Origin: an uncultured delta proteobacterium
GTDB taxonomy: Bacteria; Myxococcota_A; Polyangia; Polyangiales; B10-G4
Reading direction: 5' to 3'
DNA length: 64,000 nt
NCBI GenBank assembly: GCA_963727445.1
Contig: CAVSGI010000006.1
Coordinates: 224,001-288,000, forward strand
Made by a program: the position numbers and the translations under genes. The notes beneath the pieces are model-generated. The model was not told where the DNA came from. It saw only the letters and a program-made list of their open reading frames with translations, and ran no database searches. Shown piece after piece: positions 8,883 through 20,100 of this stretch; the first letter of the stretch is position 1; the number at the start of each line of letters is the position of its first letter.

Positions 8883-10577
8883 ATGCAGATCTACACGAAA
8901 GTCCTGATCGGCATGGCGGTGGGCGCGGCGGTGGGCATCGGGCTCGGCCCCAAGTCCGAGCTCCTCACCAAGGACACCTACAAGGTCAACGACGTGGGCT
9001 CGGTCGACATCTTTCTCGACCGCGAAGATCCGGCGTCGGAGGTCTCGCTCCCCTCGGGCGTGACCATGAGCTTCCAAGCGCTCGAGATCGTGCGCGGGGA
9101 GCTCGAGGACGAACGAGGGCAGACGCAGACGGTGCCCACCTGGGCACAGGTCCGTTTCCGCTTCACCCAGGAGCTCGCGCTTCACGACACCGAGGGCACG
9201 CTGCGCGAGCAGGTCGGCAACCCCCGGCCCCAGTCCTGGGTCACGGTGTGGCTGAAGATCGAGAATATCCCCCTCCCGTCCGGCGGCTTCACCTCCGTCC
9301 CCGAGCCGATCAGCGGGCTCGGCGACAAGATCGTCACCTTCGTCCGGCCCATCGGCACCGCCTTCATGCGCTTGATCAAGATGGTGATCGTTCCGTTGGT
9401 CTTCTCTTCGCTCCTGGTGGGCGTCGCCAGCCTGGGTGACGTACGCAAGCTCGGCCGCCTCGGGGGCAAGACCATCGGCCTCTACCTCCTGACCACCGCC
9501 GTCGCCGTCACCATCGGCCTGGTCTGCGCCCACGTCATCAAGCCGGGGAATTTCGTGGGAGAGGCGGACAGAGCATCGCTCCAGGCGCAGTTCTCGGGCG
9601 ACGCGTCGAGCCGCGCCGAGGACGCAGCCAACGCGCCGAGCACCATCGACAACATCCTCAACATCATCCCCGACAACCCCATGGAGTCGCTCTCCAGTGG
9701 GAACATGCTGCAGATCATCTTCTTCGCGGTGGTCTTCGGCGTGGCGCTCACCCTCCTCGACGACAAGAAGGGCACCCCGGTGGTGAACTTCTTCGATCGC
9801 GTGAACCAAGCGATGGTCGTGGTGATCCACATCGTGATGGCGCTCGCGCCCTATGGGGTCGCGGCCCTGGTCGCCGACGTCGTCGGTCAGAGCGGCGTGA
9901 GCGTGCTCTCCGCGCTCCTGGTCTATGCGGTCACCGTGCTCGTCGGCCTGCTGCTCCAGGCGACGCTCGTCTACGGCGGGATCGTCAGGTTCCTCGGTCG
10001 CCTGCCGCTGATGTCCTTCCTGAAAGCCATCCGCCCCGCACAGCTGATCGCCTTCTCGACCTCCTCGTCATCCGCGACGCTCCCGGTGAGCATGGAGTGC
10101 GCGGAGGAGAACCTCGGCATCTCGAACGCCGTGAGCAGCTTCGTCCTGCCCCTCGGCTCCACCGTCAACATGGACGGCACCGCCCTCTATCAGGGTGTGG
10201 CGGCGATCTTCATCGCCCAGGTCTTCCAGGTCGATCTCACGCTGACCGACCAGCTCGCGATCGTCGCGAGCGCGACCATGGCCTCGGTGGGGGCGGCCGG
10301 CGTCCCCGGGGCCGGCATCGTCACCCTCGCCATGGTGCTCACGGCTACAGGCATCCCGGCGGTCGGGATCGCCCTGATCCTGGGGATGGACCGCCTCCTG
10401 GACATGTTCCGGACGGCCGTGAACGTCACCGGTGACCTGGCTGTCACCGCGGCCATGGCCGCCGCGGAGGGCGAGGACCTCCACGTTCTGTCGACGGAAG
10501 AGGACAAGGCGGACCCCGATCGGGGCTTCGAGCGCCGTCTCGAGCGGGAAGAGCACCCCGTTCCGCCCGAAGACTGA
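8883..10577 (+). CDS. Dicarboxylate/amino acid:cation symporter (DAACS, GltP-like) with large loop insertion
   Basis: LIKMVIVPLVF, FSTSSSSATLP, NMDGT, GVPGAG, DRLLDMFRTAVNVTGD. Confidence 0.92.
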   Translation: MQIYTKVLIGMAVGAAVGIGLGPKSELLTKDTYKVNDVGSVDIFLDREDPASEVSLPSGVTMSFQALEIVRGELEDERGQTQTVPTWAQVRFRFTQELALHDTEGTLREQVGNPRPQSWVTVWLKIENIPLPSGGFTSVPEPISGLGDKIVTFVRPIGTAFMRLIKMVIVPLVFSSLLVGVASLGDVRKLGRLGGKTIGLYLLTTAVAVTIGLVCAHVIKPGNFVGEADRASLQAQFSGDASSRAEDAANAPSTIDNILNIIPDNPMESLSSGNMLQIIFFAVVFGVALTLLDDKKGTPVVNFFDRVNQAMVVVIHIVMALAPYGVAALVADVVGQSGVSVLSALLVYAVTVLVGLLLQATLVYGGIVRFLGRLPLMSFLKAIRPAQLIAFSTSSSSATLPVSMECAEENLGISNAVSSFVLPLGSTVNMDGTALYQGVAAIFIAQVFQVDLTLTDQLAIVASATMASVGAAGVPGAGIVTLAMVLTATGIPAVGIALILGMDRLLDMFRTAVNVTGDLAVTAAMAAAEGEDLHVLSTEEDKADPDRGFERRLEREEHPVPPED

Positions 10578-10604
10578 GGGGCCTGGTAAGCTCGGGGCGT
10601 TCGG

Positions 10605-12296
10605 ATGTTCATCTGTCCCAGCTGTAAGTCGGGTTACGACTCGGGGGAGGCGTTCTGCCCCGAAGACGGTACGCGTCTGGTCTCTCAATCGCAGATCGCG
10701 ACGCACCCGATCACCAACGACCCGCTGGTGGGTGCCGTCCTCGCCGATCGGTGGAAGCTGGTTCGTCCCATCGGCGCGGGCGGCATGGGCGTGGTCTACG
10801 AAGCGCTTCACACCACGCTCGGCAAGCGCTGCGCCGTCAAGGTCCTGAGGGAGCAGGTCTCGCGTGACGCCGACGTGGTCCAACGCTTCCAGCGCGAAGC
10901 ACAGAGCGCGTCGCGCATCGGGCACGAGAACATCATCGAGATCATCGACTTCGGACTCACCCCCGGTGGCGCGAGCTACATGGTCATGGAGCTCCTCGAG
11001 GGACAAGACCTCGCGGACGTGCTCCTGCAGACCGGAGCGATGAAGCTGGAGCGCGCGATCCACATCCTGCTCCAGTGCTGCCGGGCGCTCGGCGCCGCAC
11101 ACGAAAAGGGCATCGTTCACCGCGACATCAAGCCGGAGAACGTCTTTTTGGTGGAACGGGACGAAGAGAAGGACTTCGTCAAGATCGTCGACTTCGGCAT
11201 CGCCAAGATCAACGACCTCGAGACCCCCGGCGCGCCCGGGCGAAAGCTGACCAAGACGGGGATGATCTTCGGCACCCCCGAATACATGTCGACCGAGCAG
11301 GCTTACGGTCGTCCCACCGACGAGCGCTCCGACGTCTACGGGCTGGGCGTGATCGCCTACGAGATGTTCACCGGCCGCGTCCCCTTCGAGGGGGAGACCT
11401 TCATGGCGGTGATCTCCCAGCACATGCTCGATCCGCCGCCGCCCTTCGCCCAGAAGAACCCCAGGGCGAAGGCGCCCCCGGAGCTCGAGGCCATCGTCCT
11501 CGCCACCATGGCCAAGGATCCTGCCGATCGGCCGCAGTCGATGTCGGAGCTGCACGACCAGCTGCTGACCTTCGCGACCGAGGCGGGGATCACCGACGCG
11601 CTCCCCGAGCGCCTCACCAACGTGTCCTTCTCCCACATGCCGCCGCCGATGGTGCGCACGGAGGCGGAGGCTTCTCCGGTCCAGGCGCGACCCACGCCGC
11701 GGCGCAGGGATCTGACGCCGGGGATCCTCACCCTCGAGGACGAGCCCGAGCGTCCGCCCAGCGTGGCCGCGGGTCCCCCCTGGGGCGCCATCGTCGCGGT
11801 GGCCGTCGTGCTCTTCGGCGGCTTCGGCGCGCTGGCGATGACGCGCCCCGACATCCTCGGGATGGGGGAGGAGGGGGCACGAGACGCAGCGGTCGGGAGC
11901 GTGCCACCCGTGGCGCCCGTGAGCGACACGGCCCAGGTCGACGACGCGCCGCAGATTCCGTCCACCGCCAATCCCGCCACCGTGCGGATCCGCGTGAGCT
12001 CCGAGCCCGAGGGCGCGACGTTGCGGGTCGAAGGGCGAGAGCCGTGCGAGACGCCCTGTGACGTCGACCTCGTCCCGGGCGAACAGGTCACCTTCGCGTT
12101 CGAGCACGAGGGCCACATCACGACGCGCGACGACTACACCGTTCCAGATGAAGACGATGAGCTGACGGTGCCGCTCGAGGAGCCGCCGCCTTCTTCACAT
12201 CCGCGTCGCGGGCGGGGCTCGATGGGCTCTCGTATGCACGGCGTCGATCGCCTGCCCACGGAAAACACCAACCCGTCCACCGGCGATCTGCACTGA
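10605..12296 (+). CDS. Membrane Ser/Thr kinase with N-terminal Cys ribbon and PEGA-like domain
   Basis: CPSC...CPEDG, GAGGMG, HRDIKPEN, DFG; TM segment; SEPEGA...ETPC. Confidence 0.92.
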   Translation: MFICPSCKSGYDSGEAFCPEDGTRLVSQSQIATHPITNDPLVGAVLADRWKLVRPIGAGGMGVVYEALHTTLGKRCAVKVLREQVSRDADVVQRFQREAQSASRIGHENIIEIIDFGLTPGGASYMVMELLEGQDLADVLLQTGAMKLERAIHILLQCCRALGAAHEKGIVHRDIKPENVFLVERDEEKDFVKIVDFGIAKINDLETPGAPGRKLTKTGMIFGTPEYMSTEQAYGRPTDERSDVYGLGVIAYEMFTGRVPFEGETFMAVISQHMLDPPPPFAQKNPRAKAPPELEAIVLATMAKDPADRPQSMSELHDQLLTFATEAGITDALPERLTNVSFSHMPPPMVRTEAEASPVQARPTPRRRDLTPGILTLEDEPERPPSVAAGPPWGAIVAVAVVLFGGFGALAMTRPDILGMGEEGARDAAVGSVPPVAPVSDTAQVDDAPQIPSTANPATVRIRVSSEPEGATLRVEGREPCETPCDVDLVPGEQVTFAFEHEGHITTRDDYTVPDEDDELTVPLEEPPPSSHPRRGRGSMGSRMHGVDRLPTENTNPSTGDLH

Positions 12297-12298
12297 GC

Positions 12299-13261
12299 TC
12301 AACGCAGTTGGCGAATCGTGCGCGAGAGCGCGGCGAAGCGCGGCTCCCACTCCTCGGCCCGCTCGGGCGCCACCATCGCCGTCAGGAGCACCGGGCCGAC
12401 ATCCAGAAACGTCACGGCCGCGTGTGCGAAGAGCACCCCGCCGTCGGGCATGTGGTGCTCACCGGCGCGCTCGCATCCCCACCCACTGTCGAGGTCGAGC
12501 ATCTGTGGCTCCTCCATCGCCCCAGAGAGCACGCCCGCTCGTTCGATCACCGCCGCGCACGCATCGAGCGATGGCTCGGCGGGCGCCTCTTCCGTGAGCG
12601 GCAACAAGAACGCCATCGGGACGCCAGCGGGCGGCGGGAAGCTCACGCCTCCTTCGGTGAGGGCGACCGCACCGAGGCTCTGTCAATCAGGGGCCATCCC
12701 CTCCGCGGGACCGAAGCCGAGGCCGATCGCCTCGCTCGGAGAGAGCGGGGTGCTCGCGTCCCAGTGCACGCTCATCAGGCTCGCGGTGGCGAGGCGCTCC
12801 AGCGACTCGTCGTCGGCGTCGCGGTAGGTGCACAACAGCGCGAGGGCGCGGGTGCCGCGTTCGGTCAGGAGCCACACGCGCGCCATGGCACCGGCCGGGC
12901 CCGGCAGGACGTCGCGACCCAGGGTGGCTGGGAGCGCGCCGTCGAGGACGACCTGACGACGCCGGCCTTCGCTCCCGCCGGGGAAGATCCCTTCACGAAA
13001 CGCGCGTCGCGCCGCGGCGTCGCCGTCGGCGATCGCGACCACGAAGGTCATGTCGCGCGCCGGCACGTCCACTCCGGGACCGAGAGGGAGCAGCGACGCG
13101 CCTTCGGGAGGCTCGAAGCTCACGCCGGAGCCGGGGATGGTCATCCTCGAACCGAGGGCGCTCCCGGTCGCTTCTTCTTCCCTCGCGCTTCGGCGCGGGC
13201 GCGGTCCCCCACAGGCGATGACGAAGAGGAGCGACGTCGCGATGAGGGTCCAGGGTCTCAT
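12299..13261 (-). CDS. Hypothetical lipoprotein with in-frame TGA at 12683-12685 (probably one ~320 aa gene)
   Basis: Lipobox VIAC; ORFs 12683..13261 and 12299..12646 are in the same frame, joined by GAT TGA CAG. Confidence 0.65.
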
Positions 13262-13267
13262 GTGCGC

Positions 13268-13663
13268 CTATTCATGCGGCAGGAGCTGGGGCGCGACGCT
13301 CAAGCGGGCGGCGCAGCGTCCCTCGTGGCACAGGCAGCCGCCGCCGCAGTCGAGGGTGCCATACCGGCACTCCTGGGTGCACATGGTGTCCTCGCAGCTC
13401 GGCGCATCGTCGGCGGCGACGCAGCTGGCGGCGTGGCAGCAGCCGGAGGGCACACAGTCTTCGTCGGTTTCGCAGGCGTCCTCCGACAGCACGAGCTCGC
13501 CCTCACGAGGCTCGGCGGCGGGAGGCTCCTCGGCCGGGTCGGGCTCCTCCGGAGGTGCAGACGCTTCGACGACCACCGGCTGGCCGGGATCGGTGTCCTG
13601 GGTGGCCCCGCACCCGGGGGTGAGGGCGACGATCAGGGCTGCGAGGAGAAGCAGAGGCGCCAT
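13268..13663 (-). CDS. Small lipoprotein with Cys-rich C-terminal domain
   Basis: Lipobox TPGC; CETDEDCVPSGCCHAASC...CTQEC...CGGGCLCHEGRC. Confidence 0.75.
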   Translation of the reverse strand: MAPLLLLAALIVALTPGCGATQDTDPGQPVVVEASAPPEEPDPAEEPPAAEPREGELVLSEDACETDEDCVPSGCCHAASCVAADDAPSCEDTMCTQECRYGTLDCGGGCLCHEGRCAARLSVAPQLLPHE

Positions 13664-13736
13664 GGCGTGCTTCAATAAGTGGTTATGTGAGCGATCGCAA
13701 GAGCGGGCGGGCGGAGGTAGATCCCTTCCGTCGACG

Positions 13737-15362
13737 ATGCGTCACGTGAGGTCCACGGTGGTTCTTCGCATGTTCAGGGTCACGATGACGGCGGTCGCCC
13801 TCGCGGGACTGACGTCGTCGAGCGCCAGCGCGTTCTCCGGCTTCTACGTGAGTGAGGCCGAGGCGCCGCTCTTCAGTGACGCCAGCGTCGTGGTCCTGAT
13901 GCGGGACGGGACACGGACGGTCCTGTCGATGCAGAACCACTACGACGGCCCCCCGGAGGACTTCGCCATGGTGGTCCCGGTGCCGGCCGTCCTCGAGGAA
14001 GACGACGTGAGGGTCCTCGGCAGGGAGGTCTTCGCGCGGGTGGACGGCCTCTCCGCCCCGCGGCTGGTCGAGTACTGGGAACAGGATCCTTGTCCCCTCG
14101 CGCTCGACGAAGAAGAAGACTCGGAGCCGTCGCCCGTCGCCGCTGGCGCGGTCGATTGAACAGAGATGGCTGCGGACGAGGACTACGACGAACCGACCGG
14201 CGTCCGGGTCGAGGCGCGCTTCGCGGTGGGCGAGTATGACGTCGTCGTCCTCGGCGCCGAGGAATCGATGGGACTCGACCGCTGGTTGCGGACCCGCGGT
14301 TACCACATCCCCGACGGCGCGGAGGGCGTGCTCAGGCCCTACCTCCAGGCAGGGATGAAGTTCCTGGTCGCCAAGGTCGACGTGCGGCGGGTGCGGCGCT
14401 CCGGGGGACGGGTCGTCCTGTCGCCGCTGCGCTTCCACTACGACAGCGACGAGGTGGCGCTGCCTCTGCGCCTGGGGCTGTTGAGCTCCCGCGAGGTGCA
14501 GGATCTGATCGTCGTCGTGGCGGCCCGGGGCGTTCGCTACGAAGCCGCCAACTACGACAACTACGCCATCCCCACCAACCTCGACGTGACCGCCGCGACC
14601 AGCGAGAGCTTCGGTGCGTTCTACGCATCGCTCTTCGACCGAATGCTCGCGCTCCATCCGCGCTCGGTGATCACCGAGTATGCGTGGGCCGCCGGGAGCT
14701 GCGATCCGTGCCCGACGCCACCACTCACCGAGGACGAGTTGGTGGCGCTCGGTGGCGACGTCATTCCGAGTTACGCGGATGACGTGGAAGCCGGAGAGGT
14801 TCCCTTCTCCTTCGTGAACGACTTCGTGCTCACGCGTCTTCACTTTCGCTACTCCTTTGACACCCTCCGCGAGGATCTCGTGTTGCGTCCGGCACCACCC
14901 ATTCACGGCGGAACCGGGATGCCGGGGCGCGCGGGCGAGCTGGACAAGGGCGTGGGCGTCAGCAGTCGCAACGCCTACCAGGGTCGCTACGTCATCCGTC
15001 ATCCATGGGAGGGCGCGACCCCGTGCGAGGCGCCGCGGCGCGGTGTCTGGGGTGGCCCGCCGGGGAGCGGCCACTACGCGAGCCTCGGTCCGATCCAATC
15101 GGCTACCGACGCCGCCTTCGCGCCGCGGGGCGCGGTCGAGCTCTTCGCCCACCTGTCTCGGGACGTGCCCGCCCTCTCGTCGACGGCCGCAGCGAGCACG
15201 CTTCCGAGTGGGCCGGTCGCGCTCCCCCCGGTGCGTCGCACGTCGCGTGGCGGTTGCGCGAGCTGCTCGTCGACGGACGCCGGCGGTGAGCTCGCGCTCC
15301 TGTCGTTGCTCATGGGCGGCGTCGTTTTCGCGCGCCGGTCGCGTCGAAACGCGCGCCGGTGA
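13737..15362 (+). CDS. DUF2330-type secreted protein with MYXO-CTERM-like tail; in-frame TGA at 14157-14159
   Basis: FSGFYV, SMQNHYDGPPEDFAMVVPVP, PRLVEYWEQDPC, VITEYAW, LTRLH; tail GGCASC-TM-RRSRR; both halves in frame. Confidence 0.8.
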
Positions 15363-15674
15363 GGACGAAGATCGGCGCCGCGATCTCTTTCTCCGTCCCC
15401 GACGTCGCACGGGTCTTGCTTGCGGAAGCTCTGCGAAACGTGAGGCGGTGACGTGCGCTTGCGGAGGAGGCAAGAACCGATCCCGAAAAAGCGCTTTGAC
15501 GTTCAGAGCAGGCCCGGTGTCGCGCATGCGGGCAGGTGTTCGGGTGAAAGAGAAGCGAGCACATCTTCGAACACTGTGCGGCGCCGGATGGCGATGTGAT
15601 CGAGTTGCGCACATCCGCGCACCGAACTTCGTGGGGCGTCTCCCGGTAGTCATCAACGCGTGTATTCTGATGAC

Positions 15675-17066
15675 ATGAGGCTGATCCCCGTTTCCCTCCT
15701 GGCCGTGTCTTTGGCGCTCCTCGCTGGTTGTAGCGGCGACGGATCCGTCGGGAGCGCCGAAGAGCTCACAGCGGCTCTCGGTTCTGCGAGCGCAGGCGAC
15801 ACCATTCGTCTGACGGCGGGCGAATTTCGCGGCTCCTTCGACGTTCCCGCGGGCGTGACTCTCAGTGGCGAAGGCGTGGGTGCGACGCGGATCATCGGTC
15901 CGTCGGACATGCACGCGCTCAGCCTCGCACCGGGTGCCACCGTCGCGACGCGCGTGGAAAACCTCTCGGTCGATGCGTCGGGCGAGTTCGGTGTGGTCGC
16001 GATCGGCTCGGGCGAAGTCGCCATCGAGAACGCCGAAGTGCGCGTTCCCACGAATGGCGCTGGCATCGGCGTCGAGTCGCTCAGCGCGCTCCGCTTGAGC
16101 AACGTTCAGGTCACGGGTCCGGTGACGGAGGCGAACGCCGACGGCATGCCTCTCGAGCCCACCATCGCCGACTCGGCTACCTACGGCGTGGTCGCGGTGT
16201 CGGTCATGACCTTCGAGGCGAACGACGTCACCGTCGGCGGCTTCGCCTACGTCGGCGTGCTCACGGTGAGCACCAACGTCACCTGGAACGACGGTAGCGT
16301 GATGAGCAATCTCGGCACGGGCCTGCTCATCCATGGCGGCACGGCCGAGCTCAACAACGCGCAGATCGACACGGCTCTGCAGGGAACTCGCCTCATCCCC
16401 GCTTACAACGCGGTCTTCGCGGGCAACGCGGACGTGACCACCAACGGTATCGAGCTGTCCAACGGTGGCGGCTACGGCATCCTGCAGTCCGAGGCGACGG
16501 CGACCCACAACGACCTGGTCGCTCTCGACAACTCGAACGCGGCCCTCTGGGTTCAGAACAGCACCGGCTTCTCGCTCACCAACGGCATGCTCAGCGGCAA
16601 CGGGATGGCTGGTGTGGTCGCCCTGGAGTCGAGCGAGATCTCGGTCAGTCAGTCCGACATCGACAGCACGCAGCTGATGACCCGTATCGTGGGCACCATG
16701 CCGGTCATGGTGGGTGACGGCGTCCATCTGCTTGGCTCGACCACCAACATCACCCTCGACCAGCTCGGCCTGACCGACAACAGTCGCGTCGGTGTCCTCT
16801 TCGATCTGGAGGGGGCGGACTTCAGCGGCATCGACGTGGTGTCGGTAGACGTGAGCGGTGGCGGCGAGTACGGCGCCATCGCGCAGGACGGAACGATTCC
16901 GGCGGATTGGGACGCGAACGTGACCCGAGATGCCGTGCTCGAGGCCAGTGACTCGGCCTTCAGCGGCACCCTTCAGACCGTTGGCATCGTGGGTCCGAGT
17001 GACATGCCGGCCGTCAACGCGGTGCTCGCCAGCGGGATCGCCGGCATCGTGGGTCCGAGCGACTGA
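15675..17066 (+). CDS. Right-handed beta-helix repeat lipoprotein
   Basis: Lipobox LLAGC; GDTIRLTAGEF start typical of pectin-lyase-like folds; repeated N-x-x-x-G turns. Confidence 0.8.
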   Translation: MRLIPVSLLAVSLALLAGCSGDGSVGSAEELTAALGSASAGDTIRLTAGEFRGSFDVPAGVTLSGEGVGATRIIGPSDMHALSLAPGATVATRVENLSVDASGEFGVVAIGSGEVAIENAEVRVPTNGAGIGVESLSALRLSNVQVTGPVTEANADGMPLEPTIADSATYGVVAVSVMTFEANDVTVGGFAYVGVLTVSTNVTWNDGSVMSNLGTGLLIHGGTAELNNAQIDTALQGTRLIPAYNAVFAGNADVTTNGIELSNGGGYGILQSEATATHNDLVALDNSNAALWVQNSTGFSLTNGMLSGNGMAGVVALESSEISVSQSDIDSTQLMTRIVGTMPVMVGDGVHLLGSTTNITLDQLGLTDNSRVGVLFDLEGADFSGIDVVSVDVSGGGEYGAIAQDGTIPADWDANVTRDAVLEASDSAFSGTLQTVGIVGPSDMPAVNAVLASGIAGIVGPSD

Positions 17067-17091
17067 GTCGCCATCGGGCGGGGAGCGGGGC

Positions 17092-17130
17092 AAGGCCCGG
17101 TCTGGTGAGGCAGACCGGGCCTTCTTTTCT
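17092..17130 (+). terminator. Rho-independent terminator
   Basis: 13 bp perfect stem AAGGCCCGGTCTG / CAGACCGGGCCTT, 6 nt loop, then CTTTTCT; between convergent genes. Confidence 0.85.
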
Positions 17131-17136
17131 CGTCCG

Positions 17137-20100
17137 CTATCCGAGGTCGCCGGTCAAGAGCGCCTTGTGCGCGGGCACGTCGTTCATGAAGCGGGCGCGG
17201 ACCTTCTCGTCACCGATGCGCTGGCCGATGTACTGCAAGCGCTCGAGGCCCCGCTCGACGACCCGCTTGGACTCTTCGTCCCGGCCTGCCGCGGCGAGCG
17301 CCTTCGCGTGTGCGAGGAAGACCTCCGCCTCGTCCTCTTCGATGCTGCTGAGCTCGTCGCGGCCCGTCATGGCCTGGGTCGAGGCCGCGAGCGCCATCTC
17401 GATATCGCCCTCGTGGAGTCGCACCAGCGCCGCGATGGCCAGCGCCGTGACACGAAGGGCCGCCATCCCGGCCTTGCCCGCTTCGTGAGCGAGCCGGCTG
17501 GCCTCCTCGGCCAGGCCGGCAGAGCGCTCCGGGTCCGCCACCGCCTGCAAGAGGATGCGCGCCCGATAGAGGCGCAGCGTGAGCATGAGCCGCGGGTCCT
17601 CCTGGACGTGGGGCAGGGCACGGGCCTCCTCGATGGTCCGGAGGGCCTGGTCGATGCGCCCCAGCATGCCGAGGGCGTAGGCGAGGTTGAGCAGGGCGTA
17701 GCTCTCACCCAGGCGGTTGCCGACCTGGCGGCAGCCGTCGAGGGCGTCGCGCAGAGCGCGCTCCGCCTCGTCGTAGGCGCCGACGCGGTTGTAGGTGTCG
17801 GCCAGGTTCGACTCGTTGGCGGCGGCGCGACGCACGTCGCCCGTCTTGCGGAAGAGCTCCGCGGCTTGGGCGAAGGCGTGCTCGCGCTGCCCCAGGTCGC
17901 CCAGGGCGGCCGCGAGGTGTGCCTGCGCCTCGACCACGAAGGCGCGTGTGTGGGGGCTGAGGTCGTCGAGAAGGGGCTCGGTCTGGTTGAGGACGATCTG
18001 GGCGCCATCGAGCTTGCCCGTGTAGACCAGGGCCTGGACCTGGCGAACCCGGGCGAAGGCGCGAAGCTCGGGGTCGCCCACCCGATCGGCGTTCTCCACG
18101 CCCTCGGCCGCGACCTCCGCCGCGTCGTCGAGGCGACTGGTGCGCATGAGCCAGGTGGCCTGCGCGATCATCACGCGCGCGCGCTCCCGGTCTCCGGGCG
18201 CGGCGTGGAGCGCCTCCGCCAACTCGAGCCCCTGCTCGTCGCGGCGTCCGAGGAACCCGAGCGCCTCGGCCTTCGCCATGTGCAGCGGGAAGATCTGCTC
18301 CGGCGGCGGGCCCAGCGCCTCGGCGCGCTGACCGCAGCGAAGCACCGTCGCGTTGTCGCCGCGTCGCGCAGCATCGAGGGCCGCGTTCACGTAATGGCGC
18401 GCAGCGAGCTCGGGCTCGTGGCCACGCTCGTAGTGGATGGCGATCTCCTCGGCCGGGCTGCCTTCGGTGTTGCCGAGGAAGCGCGCAGCGCGGCGGTGGA
18501 GCTCGCGCCGCAGCTCGTCCGAGAGCATGCGGTAGGCGACGTCGGCGACGAGCGTGCTGCGGAAACGGTGCTCGCGCGGGGTTCCGTCCGGCGGGCGGGG
18601 GCCCGCCACCATCAGACCGCGGCGCCGGAGGGAGCCGAGGAGGCGGTCGGCGCCGGCGCTGCCGAGGGCCTCGACCTCGGGGCCGACGAAGGGGCGTCCG
18701 AAGAGCGAGGCGCGCTTGCAGAGGTCCTTTTCGGGCCCCGGGAGATGGTCGAGGCGCGACTGCACGGCGGCCTCGACGCTCCGCGGCAGCGGGAGGCGGT
18801 CGGGGGTGTTGTCGAGGAGCCCGTCCTCGGCGAGCACGCGGATGATCTGCTCGACGAAGAGCGGGTTGCCGCCGGACCGCTCCGCCACCGCTTCCACCAC
18901 CTCGCGGGAGATGGCGCGACCGACCAGGGTTTCGGCGAGCTGCGCCACGTCCTTCACGGACAGACGCGGCAGGTCCAGACGCACCGCGTCGTGCCGCGAG
19001 AACAGGCGCGGGCGGGTGTCGGCGATCTCCGGGCGCGCAGTGAGGAGGATGAGCAGCGGATACTCGGCGGCGCGATCCGTCAGGCCTTCGAGGATCTCCA
19101 TCGAGGCGGGGTCGGACCACTGCAGATCTTCGAAGATGAGGACAAGGGGGCCCTTGGCTGCGAGGGAGGTGAAGAACTCGAAGATGGCGGCTTGCAACTG
19201 ATCCGCCATCAGTCGCGCGTCGCTGAGCGCGGCGCTCAGCTCCTCGTTCTGCTCCATCGCGACACCGAGGAGCGAGCCCAGGAACGTCGCGCAGCGCGCC
19301 GCGTCGGTCTCGTCGGTGATGGCGTGCTTCACCAGGTTGAGCACCGCCCGTTGGCGCTCCTCCACGGGAGCGGCGGGATCCACCGACGGCCACCCGCGTG
19401 AGAGAGTTCCGGCGCGCGCGTAGGAGGTCAGGACGTTGGCGATGAGCGACAGGCTCGTCTCGCGCATCAGCGGCGCACCTCGACCGAGGAGCACCTCTGC
19501 GCCCTCGTCGAAGTCGTCGACCATGCGCTCGAGCTCGTAGCGCATGCGGCTCTTGCCGGAGCCGGGAGGGCCGACGATGACCATCATCGAGCCGCGCTCC
19601 TCCTCGAGGCATTGCACGACGCTGCGCTTGAGCTGCGCGATCTCGACCTCGCGGCCGATGGTGGGCGTGGGCGGTGCTCCCTCGGGATCGAAGTCCGACT
19701 TCTCGGAGCCGAGGGTGAAGACGCCGGACTCCACCTCGTTCACCTCGAAGGTGCTCGAGAGCTGTCGCGCCGTCTCGCCCAGGACGACCACCCCGTCGAG
19801 GCGCCTGGCCGACGCGGCCTCCGCCTCGCGCACCGCCTCGCCCGACACGCCCCGCCCATCGCGCGTCGATGCGCGGCCCGAGGAGACGCTGATCCGTCCC
19901 GCGGTGCCGTGGCACATCAGCGCGGCGCGGGCTGCGCGCTCGACCTCGTCGCCCTCCCACGACTCGCCACCGAAGACGCCGATGGCTTTCTTTCCGAGGA
20001 GGGGGACGAAGACGCCGCCCTGGCCGAGCACCGCCTTCTCGATCGAACCGGCGTCGAGCACGTTCGCGGCGTAGAGCATCGCCACCACGCGCTTCTCGTC

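Noticed and set aside
12683..14159. Selenocysteine or TGA recoding at the two in-frame stops
   Set aside because: TGA is the normal stop throughout (many ATGA/GTGA overlaps), the positions are not redox motifs, and both fit GATC>GATT
15363..15674. ncRNA in the 310 bp intergenic region
   Set aside because: Only a weak inverted repeat (GGTCTTGC/GCAAGAACC) and a short CTTGCGGA repeat; no recognisable family
13683..17093. Long antisense/shadow ORFs (e.g. 13683..17093 -, 368..2278 +, 26195..28873 -, 17705..20566 -)
   Set aside because: Typical high-GC artefacts overlapping well-supported genes, with no motifs
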